From the IMG/VR virus record IMGVR_UViG_3300012953_000113, positions 1-32,030 of that record: a stretch of 32,030 bases of DNA, one strand, 5' to 3'. Made by a program: the position numbers and the translations under genes. Position 1 is the first letter of the stretch; each line of letters begins with the position of its first letter. The stretch is from a virus (Duplodnaviria; Caudoviricetes). The notes beneath the pieces were generated by a model, which saw only the letters and a program-made list of their open reading frames with translations, was not told the origin of the DNA and made no database searches. Below, one piece after another: positions 6,376 to 14,957 of the stretch.

Positions 6376-8000
6376 TGGGAGTTGTTAGCCCCAAAGACCC
6401 TGACTTCTGGGATCCTGTGCGGTTCTTACCAATGTTGAAGGTAAGATCGAAGACTCAGGGGCTTATCCCGTTTAACTTATGGCCTCACCAATTGGTGATG
6501 GCTGCTGCGGTACGGCGTGCGGTAGCTGAGAGGAAATGGTTAGTCCACATCAAGAGTCGCCAAACAGGGTCTTCGTCATTCTTTACTGGGATTGTTTACC
6601 AGCACGCCGCGTTTCGTCGAGGTTGTTGGTGTTCAATCCTCGCTCACCGTAAACCCACCGCCCGAAACCTGGCTGAGATGGCCAACAGGTACTGGCGCTC
6701 AACCCCAAAGTCGATCAGGCCCGAGCGTCATGGAAGGGTTAAGCGAACACTGGAGTTTCCCCGTATTGATTCACGGATCGATATAGCGTCCGTGCAGGAC
6801 GACGAACCATTGCGTGGTGACACAATCCAGGTGCTGCTCGCCACTGAGGTTTCCTCGTGGGCTGATGCTGCTGGTGAAGATGCTTGGATTTCAGCACGTA
6901 ATGCAGTTCCCGATAAGGGCGGGTTCATTATGGCGGAAAGCACTCCCCGCCACCTCGATGACCAACTCCACTTGGTTTGCAAGGAAGCTGAAAGACCGAA
7001 CAGCCAGTGGTTAAAATGCTTCATCCCATGGACAATGATAACAGAGTATAGAGAGCCACCTCAGCCAGGATGGAAGCCAACCAAGGTCATTCAAGAGTAT
7101 TGGGACTCGCATCCACAAATGACAACAGCCCAAGCGGTTTGGATGCAACAGGTTGGTTTACCTAAATGTGCGTACCGGCTCACAAGGTTTAGGGCAGAGT
7201 ACCCGATTGATGAGGCGGACTGCTGGTTATCCCCAGGCGAAGCCATATATGACAGAACAAGACTCCGTCAAATGCTTCACAAGATAGACGGTGGAACAAA
7301 TCTGAGCGCAAGCTCGGAGGAGTGGGTCCAATACCAAGAACCAGTCGATGGCCACAAATATATTATTTTCTGTGACCCTGCCGCGAGTTGGTCGAAGCGA
7401 GACCTTTTTGCCGCAGTCGTATTGGATGTTACTGATTGTTCGCAGGTTGGTGAGTTTCTTGGCCACAAGAACGCATGGGAAATGTCGAACTTTCTCGCCC
7501 AGACTGGCCGGAAATATAACAACGCAACCTTGTATGTTGAGGCCAATGGTGTTGGTGAGGGGATTCTGTCTCACCTTGTGGATAACCCAAACATCAAGTA
7601 TCGCCGGGTGTACCATAGAGCATCACGAAGGGTGGGTGGCGGAAGCGCCAGCATTCCAGGTTGGTGGTCATCCGAGAAGTCTAAGCGAGCGGCTGAGGGT
7701 GCGTTGCAGGACCTGATTGTTGATGGCTCCTTAACGATACATTCAACAAGAAGCATTAAGCAGCTTATGAATTACCGGGGCACATGGGGCAAGCGCCGTG
7801 ATTCTTCAGGCGGCCACTTCGACCTCGCTAACGCTTGGGCTGGCGCAGCTTGGGCCTACCAACATACTCCGCTGGGTGGACGTTGGGGCAATGAGAGAGT
7901 TAGTCCCGCACAAGAAGCGCAGATAGCATGGGAAAAGTTAATGGAACGCATTGAGCCTGGTTCGACTCGCTCTGAAACACCTTGGGGGGATCACCTGTGA
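6375..8000 (+). CDS. terL: Terminase large subunit
   Basis: Walker A-type IKSRQTGSSS, Walker B variant VLLATEV, coupling motif ESTP, nuclease motifs IFCDPA and YVEANGVG. Confidence 0.93.
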   Translation: MGVVSPKDPDFWDPVRFLPMLKVRSKTQGLIPFNLWPHQLVMAAAVRRAVAERKWLVHIKSRQTGSSSFFTGIVYQHAAFRRGCWCSILAHRKPTARNLAEMANRYWRSTPKSIRPERHGRVKRTLEFPRIDSRIDIASVQDDEPLRGDTIQVLLATEVSSWADAAGEDAWISARNAVPDKGGFIMAESTPRHLDDQLHLVCKEAERPNSQWLKCFIPWTMITEYREPPQPGWKPTKVIQEYWDSHPQMTTAQAVWMQQVGLPKCAYRLTRFRAEYPIDEADCWLSPGEAIYDRTRLRQMLHKIDGGTNLSASSEEWVQYQEPVDGHKYIIFCDPAASWSKRDLFAAVVLDVTDCSQVGEFLGHKNAWEMSNFLAQTGRKYNNATLYVEANGVGEGILSHLVDNPNIKYRRVYHRASRRVGGGSASIPGWWSSEKSKRAAEGALQDLIVDGSLTIHSTRSIKQLMNYRGTWGKRRDSSGGHFDLANAWAGAAWAYQHTPLGGRWGNERVSPAQEAQIAWEKLMERIEPGSTRSETPWGDHL

Positions 8001-9733
8001 GCACAAAAGAAAAGTTAGAGAAAGAGGTTCTACGGATAACAGGCCTGATCTCTCAGCATGAACAACACTATGCGAAAGAAATAGCTGATGAGGACACAAG
8101 GAACTTAGCCTACTGGCGTGGGACGTTTTGGTCTGGCGATGGCTACGCATCAAGCAAAGAAACGAAGACATACGCAGCGCACCAGAACGAGATATTCCCA
8201 ATCATAGATACGCTTTGTGCTGCCTTGAGTATGGATCTCCCCCAGTGTGAGTGGCTCGACACGCGACAAAACAGCGGACCAACACCAACCCGAGAGAACG
8301 ATCCCGCGTTCGCTGGGCGACGTTTAGCTGCGGTGCTGAACTGGATGGCAGATGCCGACTCCATGGATGATATGGTGGAGAACTCAGTGATCAACGCCTG
8401 CCTGTTTCGCGGCGGGGCAGTCAGAAAAGCAAGCTGGTCAGCAAAGCTGGGTCGCGTCATCTGGAGAATCAAGCAACCATGGGAGGTTGTTTGGGACGGT
8501 AACGCCACAAGATGGGAAGACATCGACTGGGTGGCTGAGAGGTTTGTTCTTCACGTTGATGACTTCAGGTCTCGAATCAAGAATAAGGTCTACAAGCTCC
8601 AACGAGGGAAGGGCATCAAGGCAGACACGTACCCCAGAGCGATGGGCCAGCGAGAGGATATGGGGTGGGACGAGAGCGAGCGGCTTAAAGATTCTGGCTT
8701 GAAAGAATTCGTGACTCTTCACGAGTATTGGGATCTTCGAGCCAACCCTCCGATGTTCTATCATGTCCACGTCCCAACGCGCCAAATACTGATGAAGAGC
8801 CAGGCACCTTATGGTAATCCGTATGATGTGCTGACGTGGCACCCGTCAGTGGGGCAAACAAAAGGAATTCCTGATGTCAGCCTGCTTGCCCCAACCCAAA
8901 AACAAATCAACGAGCAGGTCTCGGCGCGTCGAGAGATCGTCCGCCGTTTGCCTCGACGAATGTTGGTGGACAGGGAGTTGTTCGCGGACGAAGAGTCGTG
9001 GAGGAAGTGGGCACGCGCTAAGACATGGGAGCCAGCACCGGTAAGTCGTCCGGCTGGTGGTAGAATCTCAGACTACATTTTTGTTTCTCCCGAGATGCCA
9101 ACAACTTTTGATTTCAATGCTCACCTGTCAGCATCTGAACAGCACATCCGCCGCATCGCTGGTGAGTTAGACGCTGGTCGGGGTGTTGTTAAAAACATCA
9201 GAACAGCCGCAGAGGTCTCGTTACTGATGGCCCGCGACGAGGGAAGGCTCGGAAAGCGAGTTCGGAAGTTAGTGAAATTTGTTCGCTCTGGGTTTGAGAA
9301 GGGTGGGGAGATTGTTCGTTGGGCTGTTCAGAACCCAAAGGTGTCAAACATCGACATGATCTCCTTGGCGTCCCATGCCCAGGTGGATGTGGACCCGATC
9401 ACATTATCAATGGAGCTTCTCTCAATAACACCGAAGTTGCGAGTCCTGCCGTTCAGCCCACTCATGGAGGACCGGAATGCTCGCCGGGCTAACCTGATAC
9501 AACTGATCGGGGAGATGTCCGCCACTCCGATGATCGATCACATCGACTGGGCTGAGTTCAGTAGAGAAGTGTTCGACTTGTTTGGGTTCAGACCGAGCAT
9601 CCTTAAGAATAAAGAAGATACTGAAGCTGAAGCAGCAATGATGGCTGAAGCCGCTGCCCAAGAACAACAACCCCAAGCCGAGGCCCTCCCATTCCCGGCG
9701 CCCATACCCCCAACATTGACTCCTGGCACCTGA
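7997..9733 (+). CDS. Portal protein (P22-like)
   Basis: 578 aa directly after terL with GTGA overlap; NEIFPIIDT, TLHEYWD, KNIRTAAEV (TATE-like motif); Q/A/P-rich tail. Confidence 0.85.
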   Translation: MSTKEKLEKEVLRITGLISQHEQHYAKEIADEDTRNLAYWRGTFWSGDGYASSKETKTYAAHQNEIFPIIDTLCAALSMDLPQCEWLDTRQNSGPTPTRENDPAFAGRRLAAVLNWMADADSMDDMVENSVINACLFRGGAVRKASWSAKLGRVIWRIKQPWEVVWDGNATRWEDIDWVAERFVLHVDDFRSRIKNKVYKLQRGKGIKADTYPRAMGQREDMGWDESERLKDSGLKEFVTLHEYWDLRANPPMFYHVHVPTRQILMKSQAPYGNPYDVLTWHPSVGQTKGIPDVSLLAPTQKQINEQVSARREIVRRLPRRMLVDRELFADEESWRKWARAKTWEPAPVSRPAGGRISDYIFVSPEMPTTFDFNAHLSASEQHIRRIAGELDAGRGVVKNIRTAAEVSLLMARDEGRLGKRVRKLVKFVRSGFEKGGEIVRWAVQNPKVSNIDMISLASHAQVDVDPITLSMELLSITPKLRVLPFSPLMEDRNARRANLIQLIGEMSATPMIDHIDWAEFSREVFDLFGFRPSILKNKEDTEAEAAMMAEAAAQEQQPQAEALPFPAPIPPTLTPGT

Positions 9734-9744
9734 AAGGATTAACC

Positions 9745-10011
9745 ATGAAATATGATAAAAAAGAATTAGCCAATAAAGCAAAGAACGGTGACGAGGAAAG
9801 CCTCGGACTTCTGATTCTCATCAGCGATGGGGAAGAGATGGGGGACATGTCTGGGGAGGACTGGGCCTCTCATGTTGCTGAGCAGGGCGATGAAGAGCAG
9901 CCCGAGGAAGATGTTACCAAGGTGGTTGGTATGCTGATGGACGCCGGGCTTCCCGAAGATGAGGCGATGAATGTGAGTTCAAGCATATTCCAAACCTTAG
10001 GGTTGTATTGA
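9745..10011 (+). CDS. Small acidic hypothetical protein
   Basis: AAGGA SD; fills the gap in the operon. Confidence 0.75.
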   Translation: MKYDKKELANKAKNGDEESLGLLILISDGEEMGDMSGEDWASHVAEQGDEEQPEEDVTKVVGMLMDAGLPEDEAMNVSSSIFQTLGLY

Positions 10012-10557
10012 ATGCCGGTCTTTGATTTTAAGTGCTCATCTTGTAGTGGTGTTTTCGAGGAGGTGTTCCTTTGCGGGGACCCCGTAGAAGATACGCTACC
10101 GTGCAGATTCTGCGATGAGTCAGCGGGACGTGTGGTTATTGCTGCGTTTCGCGTTGGTGGGCTTGAAGGCCACCAGCTTGATGACTTAGAGCGCCAGATG
10201 TTTACCCCTAAGCAGAGGGCCGCTGGGCACAGGTTGAGGCAGTCTGACAACCCTGTTCTGAGAGACCGGGGTAACGAGCTTAGGTTTAGGAGTGGTCGCG
10301 ATCTTGAGCGGTACGAGGAGTCTAAGGGCTGGAAGAGGGTCGAGTCGGGTACTGCGGAATACAAACGGAATATATCAAACCTCTTGGATGACCAGAGTGA
10401 TATTCGGAATATTCGTGAAAGGGAAGGATTAGAGGCGGCAACAGAGCACATCAATAAGACCGACATTAAAGCTAAGACTGGCTGGGGAGAATCCCAGTAT
10501 TCACGATGGAAGAACCTTACTGACGAAGCGTCTATTACACCACCCACTGAGGTATGA
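10012..10557 (+). CDS. FmdB-family zinc-ribbon protein
   Basis: MPVFDFKCSSCSGVFE...PCRFC (MPxYxxxCxxCG-type pattern with a second CxxC). Confidence 0.85.
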   Translation: MPVFDFKCSSCSGVFEEVFLCGDPVEDTLPCRFCDESAGRVVIAAFRVGGLEGHQLDDLERQMFTPKQRAAGHRLRQSDNPVLRDRGNELRFRSGRDLERYEESKGWKRVESGTAEYKRNISNLLDDQSDIRNIREREGLEAATEHINKTDIKAKTGWGESQYSRWKNLTDEASITPPTEV

Positions 10558-10558
10558 T

Positions 10559-10990
10559 ATGGATAACCCCCAAGACCCCGCCGCCCCATCAGCCCCATCA
10601 GCAGGCAGTCCACCACCGAACGCGCCCCCAGAACTTGTTTCTGCGGTAACGGAGAGACTTGTCGCGGCTGGCCTGTTAAAGACTACAGGCAGCGTGCTGA
10701 CTCCTGAAATTCTACAAGCCCTCCAGATTCTTGTCCAACAAGCTGGGATTTCTGTAGACTTAGGTAATCCGAATGAACTTTTGGAGTTTATGAATGTCGT
10801 TGCAGCAAGCGGATCAGGAGCAGGTGGAGCAGCCCCAGGTGGAGCAGCCACAGGTGGAGCAGGCCCAGGAGGCCTTGGGCCAAGCGGAGTCGAGTCCATC
10901 CCCGCCGACCCTGGAAGCCCAACCGGAGCCGCCGCCCCTGGACCAAAGTACGTCCGAAACCTCCCAGGCACCGGAAACACCGGCTGGTGA
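10559..10990 (+). CDS. Hypothetical protein (Pro-rich N-terminus, helical core, Gly/Ala tail overlapping the scaffold gene)
   Basis: GAGGT SD; amphipathic core ELVSAVTERLVAAGLL...EILQALQILVQQAG. Confidence 0.7.
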   Translation: MDNPQDPAAPSAPSAGSPPPNAPPELVSAVTERLVAAGLLKTTGSVLTPEILQALQILVQQAGISVDLGNPNELLEFMNVVAASGSGAGGAAPGGAATGGAGPGGLGPSGVESIPADPGSPTGAAAPGPKYVRNLPGTGNTGW

Positions 10991-11687
10991 TTCAGCAATA
11001 GAGACAGTACCTGTTGCTAACAACCCTTGGCCAGACGCCGACTCTTGGGAGTCGATTAGCGCTTTAGATGTTGAGACTGTCCCTGAGGCCGCACGTGCCC
11101 ACTTTGCTCGCATCAAAGACCTTCACGAGGCGAAGGTTAAGGAGTGGGATGCTGAAAGAGGCAAGGTGGATGCAGCGCTTTCAGAGTTGCAGGAAGCAAG
11201 GGCGGCGTTCCACAACCTGATAGATAGTGTTGATTCGAGCGGTGACACAAAGGTTGTTTCTCAAGAGCTTGAAAAATATCGGGGCGGGTTCACCTCGCTG
11301 GCGTCCGAGAATATCGCCTTGGCTCAGAGGTTGTTTCAACAAGAGCATCCTGACTTTGACAGGTATCCCGAGAAGATTCGTCAGGCATGGGCCGCTGAGA
11401 TGGCAGACGATACGTTTTATTCCCGATACAAAGGGGATACCATCTACGATAAAATGAATGAGTCTTGGAAGTTTACTGTGTTCAGGAACAAAGCTGAACC
11501 GGCACCTAAGGCCGCAGAGCCACCAGCGGCCCCCGCTCAAGCGTTACGTTCGGAACCCGTAAGCGCGTTCTCCGCTCAGAGCTTGGTTGTGGACGGCCAG
11601 CGCGCCTCCTCTATGCCAACTCTGGACCCAGAGGACATGTCGTTTGAGGATATTTTGAACCAACACGACCACCTTTTGAAGGGTTGA
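10794..11687 (+). CDS. Putative capsid scaffolding protein
   Basis: GGAG SD; acidic Q/E/P-rich N-terminus, coiled-coil middle, C-terminal MSFEDIL helix; lies directly before the major capsid gene. Confidence 0.75.
   Translation: MSLQQADQEQVEQPQVEQPQVEQAQEALGQAESSPSPPTLEAQPEPPPLDQSTSETSQAPETPAGDSAIETVPVANNPWPDADSWESISALDVETVPEAARAHFARIKDLHEAKVKEWDAERGKVDAALSELQEARAAFHNLIDSVDSSGDTKVVSQELEKYRGGFTSLASENIALAQRLFQQEHPDFDRYPEKIRQAWAAEMADDTFYSRYKGDTIYDKMNESWKFTVFRNKAEPAPKAAEPPAAPAQALRSEPVSAFSAQSLVVDGQRASSMPTLDPEDMSFEDILNQHDHLLKG
10821..10865 (+). repeat. 15-nt tandem repeat x3 in the dual-coding overlap
   Basis: CAGGTGGAGCAGCCC / CAGGTGGAGCAGCCA / CAGGTGGAGCAGGCC. Confidence 0.9.
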
Positions 11688-11753
11688 GCGTTGACCCAAT
11701 TTCATGGGTGACTGAGACACAACTCGCGCCACCCCTTTACAGGAACTTCAGAA

Positions 11754-12839
11754 ATGGCACTCCTCGAATACGCAAATCGCACGGTTCAGCAGCTTGTAAC
11801 TAAGTCTGTTGTGAATTCATTCTACGCTGCCGACCCCCTAATGAAGAAATTGCTCGATGCTAATCGGGTGAAGCGATCAGGTGGCTCGTCAATCAAGATG
11901 GTAAGAATCAAGTCAGGTCACTCCGACCTCACGGAGATCAACTCATCGAACATCAATGTTCCTTTGGTTAAGAAGGAAACATTCGGATCGCTGACGGGTG
12001 ACTGGGCTAAGTTTCTTAAGCCACTCATTATTCCTCACGTTGATCGCGACAGAGCCTCCGACCCAGCAGAAGCTAAGCGCTTGGTGCAAGATACGGTTAC
12101 CGCCGCAATGACGGACACCAAAAACAAGGTGCTTCGCCAAATCTACATCGGCAACGAGTCAACACTAAAGGGCTTAAGTAGTTTGGCTCCAGATTTCGCG
12201 ACCGGAACAAGCACCGGTCTTGAGAACGGGGCACTTCAGTTCGATAGCCCCAAGGGTCAAGAGGCTTCTGAGCCAGCGTACCTTGGTCAGGCTCGATTGT
12301 ACGATGAAACCAACTTCGTGGATCACTGGCACAACCAATATGTCGCTCACACAGGAATCGGGACCGACTATATTGAAACGATGGAAGAGATCAAGCTGCT
12401 TGCTGATTCGTTCGCTGATGACGCTAAAGGAATCACTCTCGCCATCTGTAGCAACTCTGACCTTGTGGCAATCGGTAAAGAAGCTCGTTCATACCCAGGG
12501 GCGAACGCCGGGGCGATCATGTATACCCCAGCCGATGTTGCGTCTGGTGCAATTCACACACCCCTTCATCATCTGGCAGGAGTTTCTCATTATCCGAACA
12601 GATGGATGACTGCGGCCAATATTGGTCGTACAGGTGCTGTGTATTTGCTAAATCCTGAATCCATCGAATGGTGGGTCAATGCGAACAACAGCTTCCGCGT
12701 CACAAAGTTCTACGACGGTCTGAACACCAGCAATGTTGATGGGTCCATCGCGTTCTTGGTGTTGGAAGCTCAACTCGTTATCACCAACCTGCTCACCCAG
12801 GGTGCAACATCCACCACCGCAGTCACTGTCGCAATGTGA
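11754..12839 (+). CDS. Major capsid protein (HK97 fold expected)
   Basis: 361 aa after the scaffold; N-terminal VVNSFYAADPLMKKL...SGGSSI and C-terminal VYLLNPESIEW...EAQLVITN patterns resemble coat proteins of environmental podoviruses. Confidence 0.85.
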   Translation: MALLEYANRTVQQLVTKSVVNSFYAADPLMKKLLDANRVKRSGGSSIKMVRIKSGHSDLTEINSSNINVPLVKKETFGSLTGDWAKFLKPLIIPHVDRDRASDPAEAKRLVQDTVTAAMTDTKNKVLRQIYIGNESTLKGLSSLAPDFATGTSTGLENGALQFDSPKGQEASEPAYLGQARLYDETNFVDHWHNQYVAHTGIGTDYIETMEEIKLLADSFADDAKGITLAICSNSDLVAIGKEARSYPGANAGAIMYTPADVASGAIHTPLHHLAGVSHYPNRWMTAANIGRTGAVYLLNPESIEWWVNANNSFRVTKFYDGLNTSNVDGSIAFLVLEAQLVITNLLTQGATSTTAVTVAM

Positions 12840-12845
12840 TAGTGC

Positions 12846-12867
12846 GGTGGTTCGCCACCTCTCATTT
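12846..12867 (+). terminator. UUCG hairpin after the capsid gene (weak terminator or stability hairpin)
   Basis: GGTGG-TTCG-CCACC followed by TCTCATTT (poor U-tract). Confidence 0.45.
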
Positions 12868-12877
12868 AGGAAAAGAC

Positions 12878-13351
12878 ATGTTAACTAATAAAAATGTTAC
12901 GACGGACCCGTCCACAACGAGTGCTACTCGGATGGCCCCAAAGGGCACGCTCATGTGGTATACGCACCCAGACAACGGCGTTCAGCTATACCGACATGGT
13001 AAGGCTCCCGCTGGCGGCTGCACTCTTGGGTTGGTCTACCTGCAAGAATCTGGCAGCAGCAACTTGGATCCAGAGTTGGTTGTACAATGTGCCGCATCGA
13101 ACCACCGCCGATCCAAAATCTATGGTGTTCCACAAAACGCCATCGCGGCCAACCAATACGGGTGGTTCTTAGTGAAGGGCGTTGGGACTGCCGTTGCTGA
13201 ATCTGCGACCGCTGCTGGCGCGTTTATCGGCACCGAGGGTTCTGACGGAAAGGTTGGTGACGCCTCTGTGTCCCAAGAAATCGGACGATGCGTAGACACT
13301 GGTGGGTTGGCCATTGATGCGTCAGGACTATTTCAGTTTGACATAATGTAA
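12878..13351 (+). CDS. Putative capsid decoration/cement protein
   Basis: AGGA SD before ATG 12878; GVPQNAIAANQYGWFLVKG motif; G/A-rich beta protein after the capsid gene. Confidence 0.7.
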   Translation: MLTNKNVTTDPSTTSATRMAPKGTLMWYTHPDNGVQLYRHGKAPAGGCTLGLVYLQESGSSNLDPELVVQCAASNHRRSKIYGVPQNAIAANQYGWFLVKGVGTAVAESATAAGAFIGTEGSDGKVGDASVSQEIGRCVDTGGLAIDASGLFQFDIM

Positions 13352-13370
13352 CCCAACTCAGGAGTGACCC

Positions 13371-14957
13371 GTGGGGACAAGACAGGACCTTCGGGAACGA
13401 TTCCGAGTTCGGATGGGGTTTCCTGAAGACACGACCACTGGAAACAACAGGTTTGACGCCTCGCTGAACTCAGCGTTGCGTCACCTGTGGTCGGATCTTC
13501 CTGACGTTCTTCTCTCGGAGGAGTTCCGGTTTGTAACGGAGCCACCATTCGAGGGGGGGACTCTCCGCGTTTATAAGGGCACAGGACCCTCATCAGGCGC
13601 GGTAACCGACCCTCTCGTTCTCGTGCGTAACGAAACAAGCGGGACTCTCTCTGACTCTGAAGAACTGCGTGGCCGATGGCTTGAGATCTACGATGGGTCT
13701 AAGTATCACTTTCGTAGAATACAAGATCACTACAAAGCAAGCCACACCCCAACGGGTGGTGCTGAAATTGCGAGCGCCGATCAGTTTGTTCTCGATCACC
13801 AATGGAAAAACACAACCGATACGGCCTTGTCGTTTCGGATTTTAACTTTGGACTACCCCTATCAGGCGGACATCCAGAAAGTTATTAATCTTGTGTACAA
13901 CCCTGACAGTTCGCCGTCAGACACGGTCTCACCTATGCTTAGGGGCGATCAGGATCGAATAAGGCAGAGTGTTGGGTGGCGCGCAAAAGGCACCCCCCAA
14001 GCGTGGGCGCGCGGCGATTTCTTTCAGTTGCCAGCACCAAGGTATACTCCCCAGATTGGCAGGCTGATTGCCCCCAGTCCTGGTCTTGACGGGGCTTCGA
14101 TGCCACCCGCCGCCGAGCGTTGGGGCTACGATGACTCTGGCAATGAGCACGGTTCAGTTGGTGCTCATCAACCGAAATATGGCCCGGCTGGTACATTCAG
14201 CTATAAGGTGGTTCATGTTTGGGGCCGTCGCCCCAACTACGATGTCACAAACGAGGGCAACAGAAACCCTTGGTACATCTCAGCATCAAGCTCTGCCAGC
14301 ATTCAAGCGTCAACCGTATGGGGCGGTGATAGGATTGAAATAAAAACCCCAAACGTGGCCCTGGCTCACGGCTACAATCCAGACACCACAATGCCAAGCC
14401 ATGGAAAGTACGGCGTGGAGAAGTGGATATTTCGAGCCAGGCACGCAACACAGACTGGTCCGGTAATGGTCGGGACAGGGCCTAACGATGAGAACTACCC
14501 AGCGGATGGGGTTTATTATCTGTGGAAGATTATTGACGCCGACGTTACCTCTGTTGAGGACTACGGCCAGGAGGACCCACCAGACAGGCGAGTCTCTCTT
14601 GAGGCTTGGCATGGCCATCAGTCTATAAGGTTCGATAGGTTACCAACAACGTCTGTTCCAGTTCTCATGCATGTCGTTCGTAGGCCTCCTCAGTTGCACC
14701 ATGACAGTGATACCCCCCGCGTCCCCGAAGAGTGCATTGATAGCCTCTTTGCGCTATGCGCTTCGTACCTCGTTGGTGATCGCGACGGGAACCTTGAACG
14801 GAAACAACTGTATCTTGCCGAGTATGAACAACATAAGCAGCGTCTTATTCGGATGATGGGGATAGAAACCGCCACCCTTATTTCGTTTGGTGACGGGATG
14901 AGCGTATCCTCGTCAGGCTTATGGCCTGCTCGTGGGCAGACTGTAACGGAGGGGTAA
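13371..14957 (+). CDS. Head-tail adaptor (P22 gp4 / T7 gp11-like) with large insertions
   Basis: N-terminal TRQDLRERFRVRMG...SLNSALRHLW and C-terminal PRVPEECIDSLFALCASYL helices fit the adaptor pattern; AGGAG SD with GTG start. Confidence 0.65.
   Translation: MGTRQDLRERFRVRMGFPEDTTTGNNRFDASLNSALRHLWSDLPDVLLSEEFRFVTEPPFEGGTLRVYKGTGPSSGAVTDPLVLVRNETSGTLSDSEELRGRWLEIYDGSKYHFRRIQDHYKASHTPTGGAEIASADQFVLDHQWKNTTDTALSFRILTLDYPYQADIQKVINLVYNPDSSPSDTVSPMLRGDQDRIRQSVGWRAKGTPQAWARGDFFQLPAPRYTPQIGRLIAPSPGLDGASMPPAAERWGYDDSGNEHGSVGAHQPKYGPAGTFSYKVVHVWGRRPNYDVTNEGNRNPWYISASSSASIQASTVWGGDRIEIKTPNVALAHGYNPDTTMPSHGKYGVEKWIFRARHATQTGPVMVGTGPNDENYPADGVYYLWKIIDADVTSVEDYGQEDPPDRRVSLEAWHGHQSIRFDRLPTTSVPVLMHVVRRPPQLHHDSDTPRVPEECIDSLFALCASYLVGDRDGNLERKQLYLAEYEQHKQRLIRMMGIETATLISFGDGMSVSSSGLWPARGQTVTEG

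Noticed and set aside
6375-8000. TerL Walker B reads LLATE and the last nuclease motif reads HFD rather than HDD
   Set aside because: Walker B variants without Asp (hhhSE type) are known in this terminase group and the other catalytic residues are present, so there is no evidence of inactivation
9870-10616. Long minus-strand ORFs opposite structural genes (also 19139-19924 and 20987-21577)
   Set aside because: Shadow ORFs of well-supported + strand genes, with no recognisable motifs
12740-12877. The -1 frame is open from 12740 into the decoration gene, allowing a T7 gp10B-like capsid fusion
   Set aside because: No slippery heptamer is visible and the downstream gene has its own SD and ATG
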